This document shows, piece after piece, positions 20,547 to 33,965 of a stretch of DNA of 64,000 nucleotides. Position numbers and translations under genes: made by a program. How positions within the stretch are numbered: the first letter of the stretch is position 1; every line of letters starts with the position of its first letter. The notes beneath the pieces are model-generated. The model saw only the letters and a program-made list of their open reading frames with translations, ran no database searches and was not told the origin of the DNA. Source of the DNA: Catajapyx aquilonaris (Eukaryota); the NCBI GenBank assembly GCA_000934665.2, contig KZ538279.1, positions 62,001-126,000 of the forward strand. The letters run 5' to 3'.

Positions 20547-23500
20547 TACACGTACCTAATATACTTACAGTGAATATTGAGAAATATTACTCTCACAATA
20601 TGACAACACTAATTTTGAAAACATTTTTCACATTCCCCACAGTGCAGTACAATAGCAAATAAAAATTGCTTCCATTCCATTTCGAGCAAGACCAGCATTA
20701 TTGGCGTTACATGTGACGCCATGTAACTCCTCATTGGATGACAAGGTGGTCTGATTCATGAAGGCAGCATCATATGCTCTGGTGTCATCGGTAGTCCCAA
20801 CCCTGCCTGTCCTGCCTAATTAGGTCCGCTGATGGAATTATGACAGCGGACGGGACGGAAGGCTGACATTATCACCACCACCTTTCGGGACAGTTATGTC
20901 CTCCAATTGAACAAAAATGCGGCCTATCCCGCTCGAATCGAATGATGCATTCCAACGGACCCTTTCCTGAGTTGCTAGACACCAAAATCTGGGACATGGG
21001 CTGTCTCTCTTTCGTCTGTTCCATCTGATGTTGTATAACAGGAAATTCATGTGTCTATAGATTGCTTGCAGCAAATATACGTACTTCGAATCAGTACAGT
21101 TTGATAGTAAAATGAACCAGTTTTTATTTATAATCTTAACACGGTAATTTCATATGTTACATCCAATCATTAGTTGACTCTCATTCATCCAATACACCTG
21201 AATGAATTGACTCATTCTATTTTAAATTTTAAAAATTACCATAGCTGCTAATAATAATTGATATGTAACTGAGAAATAGGCTACACACGCTACAGCGTCC
21301 TGAATTGACGCGATAAAATGAATTATTAAAATGAAGACACCGTATATGATGTCAACTTTGGGCCAGTCAACTTTTTCCTTGACTCCCGTGGAATTCACAG
21401 CTTTACCACAGCCTGTAAAACCTCCGAAATACGAGCCACCTCACACACAATTAACCTATTGAATTTACAGGTCAAAGCAGGAAATGGCCGACCATTTGAT
21501 GAGCACTTTTAACATAACGTATCAAAAAACTGTCATAAATACCACCAGTACAGTACGTCTCCGGCATCGAACAACTTTGGGAAATGAATACTTGAACCAA
21601 ATTTTCCAACTGTGTTCATGTTCATTAAATTAATAGGCCTACCATATTTTCAGTCATCACAATCTATCTCCAACAAGCGCAACAGTGTTCAAGTAGCATT
21701 AACATAATATACAGATAACATTCACAAAATTCTTAATGTACTTAATGCGAACTTGCAAATGCGCTTTATTCCGAAGAACATAAAAGCCATTTTGCATAAT
21801 TTATGCATTGCGATATCATTATTTTGTCAAGTTGGAAGCTCCAATTGAAATACCATTTTGGCTGCAGAAGAGCAGCTATATCATGTGCTGGCAAGCGAAA
21901 CAGACGCCCTACTCTACTTCGGTCACTTCCCATCTGACCCCGTCAAGACAACAAGAGTCCCAAACTCAACAGGCCCTGAAAAGAGAAGAGAAGCACAGAA
22001 TACGGAGGTTCTGCGGCTTTTGACTTTGTGATACGCTTGTCACATTTTGTGGCCGCACACACAAGGACGATGCTCCTGAGGGCCCATTCAGTAGCGCATC
22101 CCGTGTCACTCACTGTCACCCACAGAAGCCTCCAATTATTGTCCGACCGGGTTGCCACCTATCAACTAACCAGCTCATGGCTGTGGTTCCACGAGGACCA
22201 GTACTTGTAGCCTGTATACACAAAAAAAACACCCGCTTCTCCAAGTCAATAGCACTGCATTCAGCATTGAAGTCTCCAGTTCGAATCCAACCAGCTCAAT
22301 TGTTTCGTCATTTAGCCCCGTGGTGAGGCATCCCGCAGGGTGGTTCCTACTACACAATCCACTATGAGCAGTGGGAAGCTGAGGTTTTTCTGGGTGGTGT
22401 TGCAGTATAATAGTGGGGGAAGGGAGAGTAGGGTGGTGTTTGAAAATGATGGGAGTGTGGCAGGCTAAAGAGGAGGGTGAAACGAAGGTGAGGGCGGCTG
22501 CCAAAGCGGCGAGGACCTCCTGTCACAGCCAGCTAGCCTGCAAGAGAGCCCGCCTGACAGCTCACATTGTTATCAAGATTCTTCTGCCCGCCTGCATGCA
22601 GGCCTCGGCCATGCAAATTCCAACCGAGAGAAAAGTCGATAACAAGAGGGTAGCACCACCTAAAACTGTCTCTGATCCGTGCTCTGATCACATGACCCTA
22701 GTGACACCCAGGGCTGAACCACGGAGCCCTCAAATGGCGCGTGTCCCAAATATTCTTTCAGCAGGGATTCGCCTAATCCTTTGATCCCGGGTGTCGGAAG
22801 GCAGGCGGTGCAATTTGGACCCCTTTTGTCTGTCAAGCCCATGCCCGTGTTAATCCGTAAACAGGAGTGATTCCTTCTGGCCTCCGCGACCTGTGCTGCT
22901 CTAAGCCATCTGTCGCAAGTGGGGACTTGGATGAGTGACAAGCTCGTGGATTGGGGGAAGGAGGGATGGGTGGGGGAGGTTGTACTACCTCCTCTCTCTT
23001 GGGGGTCTCTGGCACAAATCCAACCCCAACATTCGTCCTCCATGGCGCTTCCCAATTGTTAGACGGCAGGATATGGGCGCAAGTGATGAGTAATGCACCC
23101 TTTTGTTGCCTGTCCTTAAGCCTTGACTCCGATTTGGATCTTATGTCGGAAAATATTAGTGAATGTTCGTGATGTCACCAGATGACATGTGGAAAATGGG
23201 GGTGTGGAATATTTAAAAATGGAGTGGACTTGTGGCGGGGGTCACAGGCTCTGATTTCATACCTGACGTGGATTTGCTCACCAGATAGCTGCTAATGGTT
23301 GCGTGCTAACCAAACACCATTGTGAAGTGCGCTTCGCAAAAGGAACTTGCTGATAAGAGAGGGCTTGCTAAAGGGAAATGGCAAGACCAACCCTCCCTTC
23401 CCCACAAACTGCATTGACTTAAAAGACCTTCGCTGTGAGAAAATTAATCTTCAAAAAATATGTGCTGATAAATATTCAGGGGAAAAAAACAGGAGATGAC

Positions 23501-23979
23501 CTTTTCCGATTCTTTGGGCTGTTATCATTTAGTTATGTCAAGAACAGGTAGTTCAATCAAGCAATCAGCTACAACAAAATGTTGCCGGCTAATATCAAAA
23601 GCGGTCTCTATATAAGCTTTAAAATTCATCGCCTGAATTCATGCTTCAAATCGACCTAATAATAGAAAACAATAGTCATAACTGCGACAAATAACTGTTC
23701 GAAAGTAACTGCATAATGCAAGTAGTTTATTGTGCAATTTCGAACCATTTTAGTTGGAACTGCTAGTTGAAACAAAGTGGGTATGACATCGCCTTCTTAT
23801 TTAAAATAATTGTCAAGTAGTGCGCTGCCTAATGCTCAAAAATATTATAAAGTAAATTATATGAAATGTTTTAAACATTAGAACAGACCGGAATAATACA
23901 GCATGTTACAAGTATGTTGGTAAAATGAAACTGGTATTGCACAATTCAAGCCACCTATAAACAGGGTTCCAACCAGCCC

Positions 23980-24329
23980 CCGGACACTCATACTACCTTC
24001 TGCTGTTATCACCTGCCGACGCGCTTTGCAGAAGGTGCTCACTTGAGAGCGCCATGAGACATTTGCCTCTCCGTTTAACTGGCGACCCTACCGGACTAAC
24101 GCTGAACTTTATAGGTACAAAAAGGAAGCGCTACATGCGGGCACAAAATGGCCGCCGGCGACCATGTTGGGTCCACCAGTGTAGCACTTCCCTTTTGTAA
24201 GTTTTGTACCTATAAAGTTCAGCGTTAGTCCGGTAGGGTCGGCAGTTAAACAGAGAGTGAAATGTCTCATGGCGCTCTCAAGTGAGCACCTGCAAAACTC
24301 GTCGGCAGGGGGTAGGTGGGAGTGTCCAG
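23980..24329. mobile_element. ~350-bp foldback element
   Basis: ~150-bp arms, e.g. CGACCCTACCGGACTAACGCTGAACTTTATAGGTACAAAA and its exact reverse complement. Confidence 0.85.
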
Positions 24330-24347
24330 ACCTTATCTTCTGTGGCC

Positions 24348-24750
24348 GTGGTTCCAACTGAAATATCCAGCCGTAGACATTTTGGCTCTAAGCTGATTAT
24401 TTTTAAGCCGTTAGTTTCATTGGTTATCAAAAATTACAGCTGCTGATAATATTAAATTGTGCGACCGAAGCAGTTTGGAGTAGGGGATACGGTGTCCGAC
24501 TGCTAATCGGGAGGTCCTGGGATCAAATCCCGGGGCCGGCAACTCTGACCGTGGTTTTCTGTGGTTTCCCACGGTCCTTCCAGGAAAATTCCGGAGTTGT
24601 TTCCGTAATTAACAGGCCACAGCCGCTTCCTTCCATCCCTATCCATTCCCAAAAAGTGCAGTAAAATGAAAGCAAAGAGTTCCAGGCAAAAGAAAAACTT
24701 CCCCCCTAAAGAGCCGAAAAAGGCTGATAACGGGGTATGAATTATTATTA

Positions 24751-24817
<67 letters not shown>

Positions 24818-25058
24818 TAAATTGTGCGCATCCATTTTTAACACCTTTGAAAAATGGGTTCCGTGATTGGCCTTCGATATCGATATTATTCAATGGGACA
24901 TTCATATTCGGAAATTCATTGAAATTCAAACCTCGACTAGATTCAGTTCGGTCTAATATTAGCAGCTAATAGTTTTATGACCACTAAAGTAGCTGCATAA
25001 TAGTAAGCGGCTTAGTGCCACAAAGTTGCTACCCAGATATTTCAGTTAGAACACACTC
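24348..25058. mobile_element. Diverged mariner-type MITE hosting SINE A copy 3
   Basis: GTTCCAACTGAAATATC...GCTGCTGATAATATT vs AATATTAGCAGC...GATATTTCAGTTAGAAC. Confidence 0.6.
24464..24813 (+). mobile_element. SINE family A, copy 3 (full length)
   Basis: Same head and body; long (ATT)n tail; 15-bp TSD ATATTAAATTGTGCG (24449-24463, 24814-24828). Confidence 0.92.
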
Positions 25059-25459
25059 TTTTCAGCTTTGCTTTCCTTCACACTGAAGAAACTGTCATTC
25101 GGGTCTTGCCGCCATTTGGAGAGGCAGATCATGCGCATATCTGTCTAGCACATTCCAGTTCGTTCCGTTGAATGTGTTTCTTGTATACGGTACTGTATAA
25201 ATGAGAGTGCGGGATGATAAGTAATAAAATTGAAAACTGTTAAAATTTGATGATTCTAATCCTGAAATACGTCAAATAATATGTTTAGACCACTTTATTC
25301 TGTAATCGGCAATAATTCCGAAGTACTCTAGAGTCTAGACGAAACTTTGCCAGATGTTTCCATATGAAGTCACACATAACATTTGCAATTTTCCTTTGAT
25401 TTACCATCACGATACACAACATTCTGGCATTTAAAAATTCTTTCATTATATAAGTGGTA

Positions 25460-26257
25460 CATGGTGGTGAGAAAGGTGCGCATTCACTTTCTCATGGACC
25501 TATAGGATACTTGAGAAATTCTAAGACGATATTACCCTATAGCTAATTTTAGCGATTAAGAATCCATTATACGAAGGTAATGGCACGTTATGTTGTAACG
25601 GGGGTCATCCTGCGGGTTATGCCAACCCATAACGTCCCTTGCTACATGGGTCGCCTGATGCACAGGTTGACCCCCACTATGAATATGATTTGTGTATACG
25701 ACATCTTCTTGAAAAAGGCAGCTCCCATTCACCATCTTATCTAAATCCTACCCGATACTCCGTATGGCCTGTACGGTATTCACTGAGGGCGATATGATGC
25801 TCGGAAGGACACGGAAATGTCATGCCATGCTTATAATTTCCGAAGTACCTTGTGTTGCTGGAGTATGACAACTTCGCTCATTTAAGCGAGCTTCTTATAG
25901 ACTTCAGTTATCACGGTGGGTGACCCGAATTGGTGGATTCAGATCATCAGGATCTGTCTGTAGAAGAAATATGGAGAATATAACTTTAACATCTCATTAT
26001 ACGTCATGGATCCGAAATCGCCAAAATCATAGTATAAGAACGTATACGGAAAACGAGAGAACGATAATTCTGACGTCATCGTTTCTTCCGTTGTCGCTTT
26101 TTGTTGACACTGTTTACTCATATTGTTATGTGGGGGTATTTCCATGGCAACCTTGATGACATCAGATCGTTCTCTCATTTTTCGTACATTAGAATCTGTC
26201 AATGAACCTATACAGTATAGGTCTGAGAGAAAGTGATGCGCACCTTTCCCGCCACCT
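25460..26257. mobile_element. MITE with ~45-bp TIR
   Basis: GGTGGTGAGAAAGGTGCGCATTCACTTTCTC vs GAGAAAGTGATGCGCACCTTTCCCGCCACC. Confidence 0.7.
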
Positions 26258-28249
26258 ATATACCGTTTTGAGGCTTAATTAACTCATGTATTAATCAGAG
26301 AGGAAAAGTCTCATTGTCGCCCAGTATTGTTATCTGCATAGTACAACTGAGTAGTAGTATTTTTCAAATTGTGCCATAAGTAGGCCTATTATGCATATTT
26401 GGCTGATTCACTATATCTTCATACACTTGAATGTGAGTCTCACCTTCTCATATCGATATTAAATAGAAGTAAATTGTTCCAATACTTTTTGTCCAATACC
26501 ATCGTGTGCAAAGACGACTATTGCAGAGTTGATTAGTATCCGATTATATTGGAAGAACCGACACACCCAAAGCTACTTCCCAACTCATCTGGTCGCCATA
26601 TTTGACTCAAAATGGTACACATTTGCATATGTCTGCAATGGTGTCAACAACTATAACCTTGCCTCTGACTTTCCTCAACTCAAATACCGCAACGCTCACG
26701 TCATCCCCATTCGCGACAGACAAGCTTACGTTCCAGAGGCTCTAATCGTCCACCAGCAGTGATAGCTAAATCCTCTCCCTCTAATCTCAACCCCCACAAC
26801 ACCCGCCATCTAAGTGAATTCAACTCCTCCATATCTCTCAAATTACAAGTCGGCTTACTCCTCCATGATAGTGAAGCGCAATCCGGCACATGATGGGCGA
26901 GCTCCGTGCAAACAGAGCATCAGTTAAGGATTGGCCTTCAGACCAAGAGGGTTAAGCCAACATGCGTCCGTTGTTATTAGAGCAATTAAAGGAGCAATTA
27001 TAATCACGACTGTCCTATCAATTGCAGGCATCGACCGTTTTACTGCCTACGCTCCTGGACGCCTGTCACAAGTATAACGCTGTGCCAGGAAGGGCCAATT
27101 AAATCCTTCGAATAGCGCCATCGTGGCAGAAAAATCGGCTACCAAGTTCATGCCGACCGCGATTGTTGAATCAGCTTATCTGGATAGAGAGAAAAAAAGT
27201 AGTTGCTAGCCTGCTCGTCAGTGATGCGTACGTAATAGATTCCTGACTCAACCTACTGATAAAAATCCGCCCTTGCCAGCAGTTCAAGATAAGTCCCTAC
27301 AGGACTTTTAAAATAACTTACAAGTTGAATTAACGCGCCATGTTGCATGGGAAAATGGTTGGTTATAAAAATAGGATATTTTTCTTCCCTCGTTTCATTT
27401 GTAGCCCTTGACTAGCACTTACGCTCTTCCCCCTTATCTCAGGCGCCGTCTACAGCTCAGCCAAGTCATGCAAGCTTCCTTATTTCTGAGGACTAGCATG
27501 AAATTTCTGCAGAAACCCCAACATTTAATTTCCCCCCCTCCCCGATTTCCTGTTCAATGTGTTGTGCGCCATCAATGCCGCTCGCATGTTAACGTTTTTC
27601 CATGAAAAGTTGGTCCGATCACACATTATTATTATTGGGGGAAACGGGGTGAAAAAAATGGGTGATAAGGCACCCTTGGAAGCACTAATCAAAATAATAA
27701 CAATGTGGGCAAGTCACACCTATAATTGTCAGAGTCGGACATCATTCTTGAGGACATACCAACGAACCGTGGCATTTTTCTCCCACACCCCACCCAAATC
27801 GTGCCAAGGTCCCAAGATGTCACCTGACAGTAGAAGCTCCCCACATTTTTTTTTTCTTTCCACCCCACCCATTGGTAGCCCAGAAGTGGTTGAGGAAACA
27901 ACCAGAGGACCCGTTCATTTTTAGCAAATGGTGTGTTTGCGGCTCTGGAGTTGAGGTGGGAGGGGGGGTGTAGCAAACAAAAGTCTGGTAGCGTGCAGAC
28001 CAACACGAAGCCTTGATTTGCAGAAGTGCGGGCGGCAAGTAAGCAACATGCCGACTGCCATCTACTACCCTGAAAAGCGGCATTCTGGGCGGAGTGGGTG
28101 GATGTGTGGCGACCCCTGGCACGTGATTAAATGGGGCAGATAGTGGCAAAGGCAGTGTTACAAGTGGAGGCCTCTCCGACGGCAGCAGGTTGGTCGTGCA
28201 CCCCCCCCCCCCTTCCAAGCCCCTCCCTGGTGCTTGCTGCCCATGTGTG

Positions 28250-28831
28250 AGCATGCAAGAGCCACCGCTTATAGTGGCGGTCGTTATGGCAACCCTGCTC
28301 GGTATAACTAAGATCGCCGCCGTACCTTACCTTTTTCGCATGGTGTGAGTTGTGGCGGGTGGCAGGGCGGCGGGAGGCGGCGGGAGGCGGGGGAGTTAGG
28401 AGTTTTCTCCTGGCGCGCTTATCGAAAAACTCCCTACCTTTCCCTCCCCAAGTGGAAAAGATTTCGAGTGCGAAGAATATACCGGGAAATGTAATTTCAA
28501 CTGGAGTGTGTTGTCAGCCGATACATCATCCACTAATGCCGCCGAGTCCAGTCCGGAGGCGGCAGCCGCCATTGGCCGACCCATCGTCACGTGACTGGGC
28601 CGCCTCCCATATTTCTGTCAACTGCACAGGATGATTTAGGATCCATTTATTTTGTGATAAATCGGCAGAAGTACTCGAGCTAATTGTGTGAGCGCGCGCG
28701 TTAAGGGGGGGGCGGGGGCGGGGTGGGAGGTGGTGGAGGAGAAAAAAAAAATCAGCAAAAGAGTGTGGGGGGGGAGGGGGAAGGAGGCGGCAGGGAGGCC
28801 CTTATTGCTGCCTACCTGCCCTCTCGCCATT
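28250..28831 (+). promoter_or_regulatory. GC/CpG-rich proximal promoter and 5' UTR of lab
   Basis: GC-rich, repeat-free stretch before the ATG. Contains ATTGG (~28571), palindromic E-box GTCACGTGAC (28586), CTGTCA (28615) and TGATAAAT (~28654). TSS not determinable. Confidence 0.55.
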
Positions 28832-29528
28832 ATGAATTCCAATGTGGTGTACGGTTTGTGCAACGGAGACAGTGCGTGTTACCCGGCGCCGGGACCGGCC
28901 GCCGCTGCCGCCGCGACCACGGCGCCTTATCCGGCCGATATCCCAGCACCGGTGTATTACCACCACCATCACCACCACCAGCCTCCTCAGCAGCAGCAAA
29001 TCTCCACTGCTGCAGACTACTCCACTCAAGTAGTGGCCACCTCCGCAACCGGGGCATTCCCATCGCCGGACCAGGCCATCATAACCTCCGACAATGGACT
29101 CAGCTATACCAACCTGGATGTGTCGTACGGCCCGGATGGCCACTACCAGCAAGGAGGAAATCACGGGGGTTACCACCACCATCACCATCATCACCACCAT
29201 GGCTACCAGGAAGTTCCGCCCCCGCCGCCGCCTCCGGAGAGCAACGGAGGTGCCGTGGCGCCCTTCGGTTACCTAGAAGCATCGGCGCCCCAGTACACGG
29301 TCAGGACGCATATGTCTCCGGTGGCTATGGGGCTAGCTTCCTATCAAGAGACTATACACGAGCCCTGTCAGATGAACGGTGTGCTACAGGGACCCACGCA
29401 TCCCGGCGGACATCACACGCACCACACGCACGCACAGACACACCACGCCTTGCAACAGCCCCCCATGTGCCAGCAGAGTGTACCCACCTACAAGTGGATG
29501 CAGGTCAAGAGGAATGTTCCTAAACCAG
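28832..29528 (+). CDS. lab: labial/Hox1 coding exon 1
   Basis: ATG at 28832 (MNSNVVYGLC...). Contains poly-Ala/His/Pro tracts, the GLSYTNLD motif and the Hox1-type hexapeptide TYKWMQVKRNVPKP, followed by donor CCAG|GTACAG (phase 1). Confidence 0.93.
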
Positions 29529-32500
29529 GTACAGTACTCAGGGTTTCAATTTGCATGTTGATCCAGATACGACTTGTCGAGTTATTATGGCTGGGTGCGC
29601 ACTGACATCTTTCTTCTTAAAAGTGTCGAAATCTGCAAATTCCACTCTGATGAAGGACGGATGACAAGGGTCAAAATAATTATGCATACTTGAAATATCG
29701 ACGCATTGACTACCACCACGTGTGATTGTGCACGTGTTCGTATAACTATGTGCCGACCGGGGTCGCGAGAGTTGGGGCAATGTCTTCAAACCTGCTTTGT
29801 ATATGGAGCAAAATGCCAACATGTGCAATCTGCGCGGCATGTCACAGAATGACATGTTATACGTAGATACAAAAGATCTAACGTAACTAATCCTGGCGGA
29901 TAAGTGACGCTAACAAAGATATTGTCAGTACACTGAGATAGTCTTAGTTAAATCTCCTGAAGAACAACTCGTTCTAATCTCTAACACCATTAAGACTGTT
30001 TTTTGTAGACGTTTTTATATGGACATCTTTCGTACTCGACATACGCACTGTTTCAAGATGCTTGTACTGTACTGTCTATATACAAGAATTATACAGTATA
30101 ACAATTGCGGATAAAGAAAGGTTTTTGATAGCACCGTAAGATTTAGTAGAAATCGGAATTTTTGTTGCATGCAATAGCTCTAAAGTTATTGAACCCAGAA
30201 GAATATAAAACGTGACAATTGTAATGTGCCACAGGGTCATGCTATTAATCGGGGTCTACACTCAAGATATGCCACTTTTTCCTGATAATCTAAACGGAAA
30301 TTAGGTAATTGTTAGATTTAAAAATAATATGTTAATAATCTGCAAATAATGATGCATCTCAGTTTCGTCAACAAAATAGGAATATGAACATTATTATTAA
30401 CTTGACAAATGTTTTACTATTAACGGACGTGTAATGGTTTTCTCGGGCGCAGACAGAATTGTGTAATATTTCGGGAATGCCATTTTTTATCCCACTGCGG
30501 GCTTTTTCCTTGACATATTATATTATAACTCGTGTTCTAACTGTAGGTTTAAAATATTTGAAGCAATTCGACGTCGCAATATGTTGAACAGTATACGATG
30601 TCTGAACCTGCACTTCACCTTCTGTCAGAAGCCGAAAAATTATACCAAAGAAGTAATTAGCATAATTATACTGTATAATCTAATACACTGACCTTTCGTC
30701 AAGGATATACTTTATAAACCGGATTTCTCTCTCTGACTTTATCCTGGAAGCTAGCTAACCTAATCTCTCTTGACTCACACTTACTGCCAACTTGCAGGGT
30801 CTGTGGCTCACCTTTTCTAGATATATTTTTTTATTTTTGCAACAAAAGGCATCCAAAACATGCCCCACTTGAATGTGCAACAACCATATAAGACATCGAT
30901 ATGAGAAACTGCAAAGTCCATATTGAAGAGTTGAAGACAAATTCCGTGTTTTTCAGGAGAGCAATGTGGAAGTAACGCAATTTTTGTCCTTTACGCCACA
31001 ACAAAATCAAGCTAGGTACTGATACTAGTATAATGTGGAATATTCCAGATGCATAAGGTCCATACTTTAATGTCAACTTAATAATTCCCGATAAATATAC
31101 ACGTGTGTGAAAATTTTCAGTCTTGTGTCAGAGGCACTTTGGGTCATTATTGTCACACTATAAACTGAAAATTTAAAAAAAACAACACAGCGGCATGTAC
31201 AGTATAGAATCATAAAAGTCGAAGTGTATTGTATATAGGAACAGCCCGCGACCATCTTTTGCATATCATGCGGCCAGGATAAACGACTGCCCAAAACTTT
31301 TTTTGACTCAGAATACAAAAAGTGAATAACACACAGAGGTACTGTAGGCTACTAATACATTCTCATTTCCTCGACGAATGTCCTGAATCAGCTTTTAGCC
31401 ACGGTGTGTGAATTATTATAAATAAACGTCAATATGGCAGTTACATGATTTACAGATTTTTTTTCCCTGAAAGTAGCCCTTTAAAGTCTTACGACGTTTC
31501 TGCTTCTGGCAGCTGACTTGCGGAGTCGGAGGAGATTTATCTAAACTACTTAATTTCTAAACATCATGAGGCGTGACTTAAATTTTTATGAAATAATAAT
31601 GCTTGAATATAACTTATACGCTTGCTGGCAGGGCAATGTTTTGAACATATCCATATTTCTATCTTGTCAGGCTTAAAGCGAGTCAGATACAATTGGCTTA
31701 GAACGTTATTACGGCAAATTATTAACCAAAAGGTGTTATTTTCAGAACAGTTCCCCTAAAGCTAAAGGGATGTATATAAGTTGTGTAAGATGTAACATAA
31801 TTATAGGCTAGACTATGCATAACACAAATTACGCATATGTTTTTATTTCATACAGCCAACAAGTAGAAAACGTGTCGCAGTGCTCATCTCTATAAGCTCT
31901 TCATTTCAATTTTTGTGCAGTAATAAGTTCATGAATAGTCATCTATGATTTTTGCAACACGAGTCATTTCTCAAAGCCAATCTGGTGTAGTTCATTACGC
32001 CACGCCGGAACTGTCAACAAAATACAGACCGTTCTATTTAGTAATTATACACACTGGCTCTATATTACATCCCGCCATATAACTGGAGACTGCCTTTTTT
32101 GAACTCAGAATTGCTTTGCATTGTTTGTACTCTGCAGAGTGCTGCAGTCACTCTTTTCAAAAGGACCTCTCGGGTATTTCAATGGCATATGACTAAACTT
32201 GGAAAGTTTAACAGTCATGTGCAGAACTCACCCAGAAGGCAGTAAAGAACGAATTGAGAAACTGAAATAATGAATTGTTGATTAGACAACTTGTAAAAAA
32301 ATATAATTATATATACGTAGCTGAACAGTTACTTCTACACGTATATGCTCCAAATTGCTTTCTTGTTTGGTCCGCATCGAAGCCAATTCCTATATAGCCT
32401 ATAGCCAAAAAATAGTGCAGTCTCTCAGAAGTAACAAGATGAGAGATAGCTGGCTTATAAAATCGTCTAATTCCAAGTATTTAAATAACGTTACGTATAA

Positions 32501-33891
32501 TTGAGTTTTATAAAGAAAGTAGTGCACAACATGTTCCATTCAATTTTCTAATATATATATTTTTAATTCTAGCAATTTTAGATACGCTCTCATTCATTTT
32601 TATCGAAGTATCGATAATTTGAAGGATAGGTCATGAATGGATACTATACTAGGTGATATTATGTCGCCTAATCACAGCATGATAGCACTGGACAACTTCA
32701 AACTGCTTTTGACAGTTAGATTACTCGATCCATTAAGTTTTCCTAAACTTTTTTTAAATAGGTCAACAATTCTGAGCTAGTGTATGATTTAGGCCACTAC
32801 TACCCCGCCGAAAATAAACTATCATAACATTTCCAACTTACAATCACCTTTTTAGCAAACACATGGATCGAGACAATTCAGCCCAAAGTTTTCATGCAAA
32901 ACATGCACACTACTTCACACGTCACCTGACAAAATGTACTGCCAGCTCACCAGCACCGATATTAGGGGCCAGTGCGGTGAATCAGCAAAAGATACTAATC
33001 TCGCGCAATACCTGACCTTATAAAAAGCAACCGCCTCGAAGTTCTGATTGGTACACACTGCCAAGTACTCCCCACAATTAAACCTCCGCTAATTACGGTT
33101 ATGGAAATAAATGCACACAATATAGTACCTAAATAATACAGCCAACACCACATTTTGAGGCCACCGTCACAAAGTGACTTTTGCGAACCTCTAATTTATC
33201 GATTGGAAAATTGATCATTACACGCACGGTATACATGCCGTGCACCCAAAAGTGTTTCAAAATTAATCCCTTGTTTCTTCTACTTAATCTTAATCTTATC
33301 TGGAAGGCATTAAGGTAACTTGCGTGTGCTCTACAAAAAGCTCTTTACAGGAGTTCAAAGTCCACACCAGGCCATGCGCCCCGTTATGCCGTACCGAACA
33401 TGACTGACCTTTGCGATGCTGCAAAGTGACACGCGGATCTAGCCAATCCGATAGCGAATTAAACAGTGTCGGCTTCCGGCATAAATCATTCTGGGATTTG
33501 GGAAAAGTGAGCCGGTGACAGACGTGCGTAAATGACATGTCGTTGGTGAGACGATGCCACCGGAATGAGCTATAGCCACCCAAAAGCGTTTAAAAGTAGC
33601 AGTGATTTCAAATAACATGCGTTTTTTATGTCGCGTTTTAAACGACTGATCATCAGTCAGTGTGCGACACGGGCCAACATTTATATGGCATTCAAGTGTA
33701 AAATGCCCGCCCATTGGGTCAAAGGGTTGGATGCGGGGTTTTGAGTAGAATGAAAACATGAGATTACAAGGGTGTAGTTGAAAAGGGGCGGCTTAAAGGA
33801 TTTTTTTTAAAAAAAGGGGGTTCATATTTACAGTGGGGCTTATTCGCCAATTTTTATACAAAATTAATCATCTTCCCTATTTCCCAGTTTG

Positions 33892-33965
33892 GTCCCCGTA
33901 GCTCAGTGGCAGAGCGCTCGTGAAATATACGAGAAAGGTCCCGGGTTCGATTCCCGGCGGGGGCA
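33892..33965 (+). pseudogene. tRNA-like sequence (complete cloverleaf, nominal anticodon AAT); tRNA pseudogene or SINE head
   Basis: Acceptor GTCCCCG/CGGGGGC, D arm GCTC-AGTGGCA-GAGC, stem CTCGT/ACGAG with loop GAAATAT, T arm CCGGG-TTCGATT-CCCGG. Lacks Y32/U33, has a 7-nt variable loop and no adjacent oligo-T terminator. Confidence 0.75.

Noticed and set aside
10451..26962. Identical 13-mer GGTTAAGCCAACA at 10451 and 26950
   Set aside because: Tens of chance 13-mer pairs are expected in 64 kb.
1..28000. Exons of proboscipedia or another gene upstream of lab
   Set aside because: No second homeobox or other recognisable coding sequence on either strand.
28688..28831. 48-codon N-terminal extension from GTG
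   Set aside because: Made of G and A homopolymer runs; the first ATG (MNS...) fits a Hox1 N-terminus.
28723..29523. 266-aa alternative-frame ORF and antisense ORFs over exon 1
   Set aside because: GTG start, no internal Met; open frames are expected from GC-rich, repetitive codons of the real exon.
29529..29605. Exon-1 ORF read-through into the intron
   Set aside because: Just the distance to the first stop; no support for a retained-intron product.
33892..33965. Functional tRNA-Ile(AAT)
   Set aside because: Lacks U33 and Y32, has an odd variable loop and no nearby terminator; kept as tRNA-like only.
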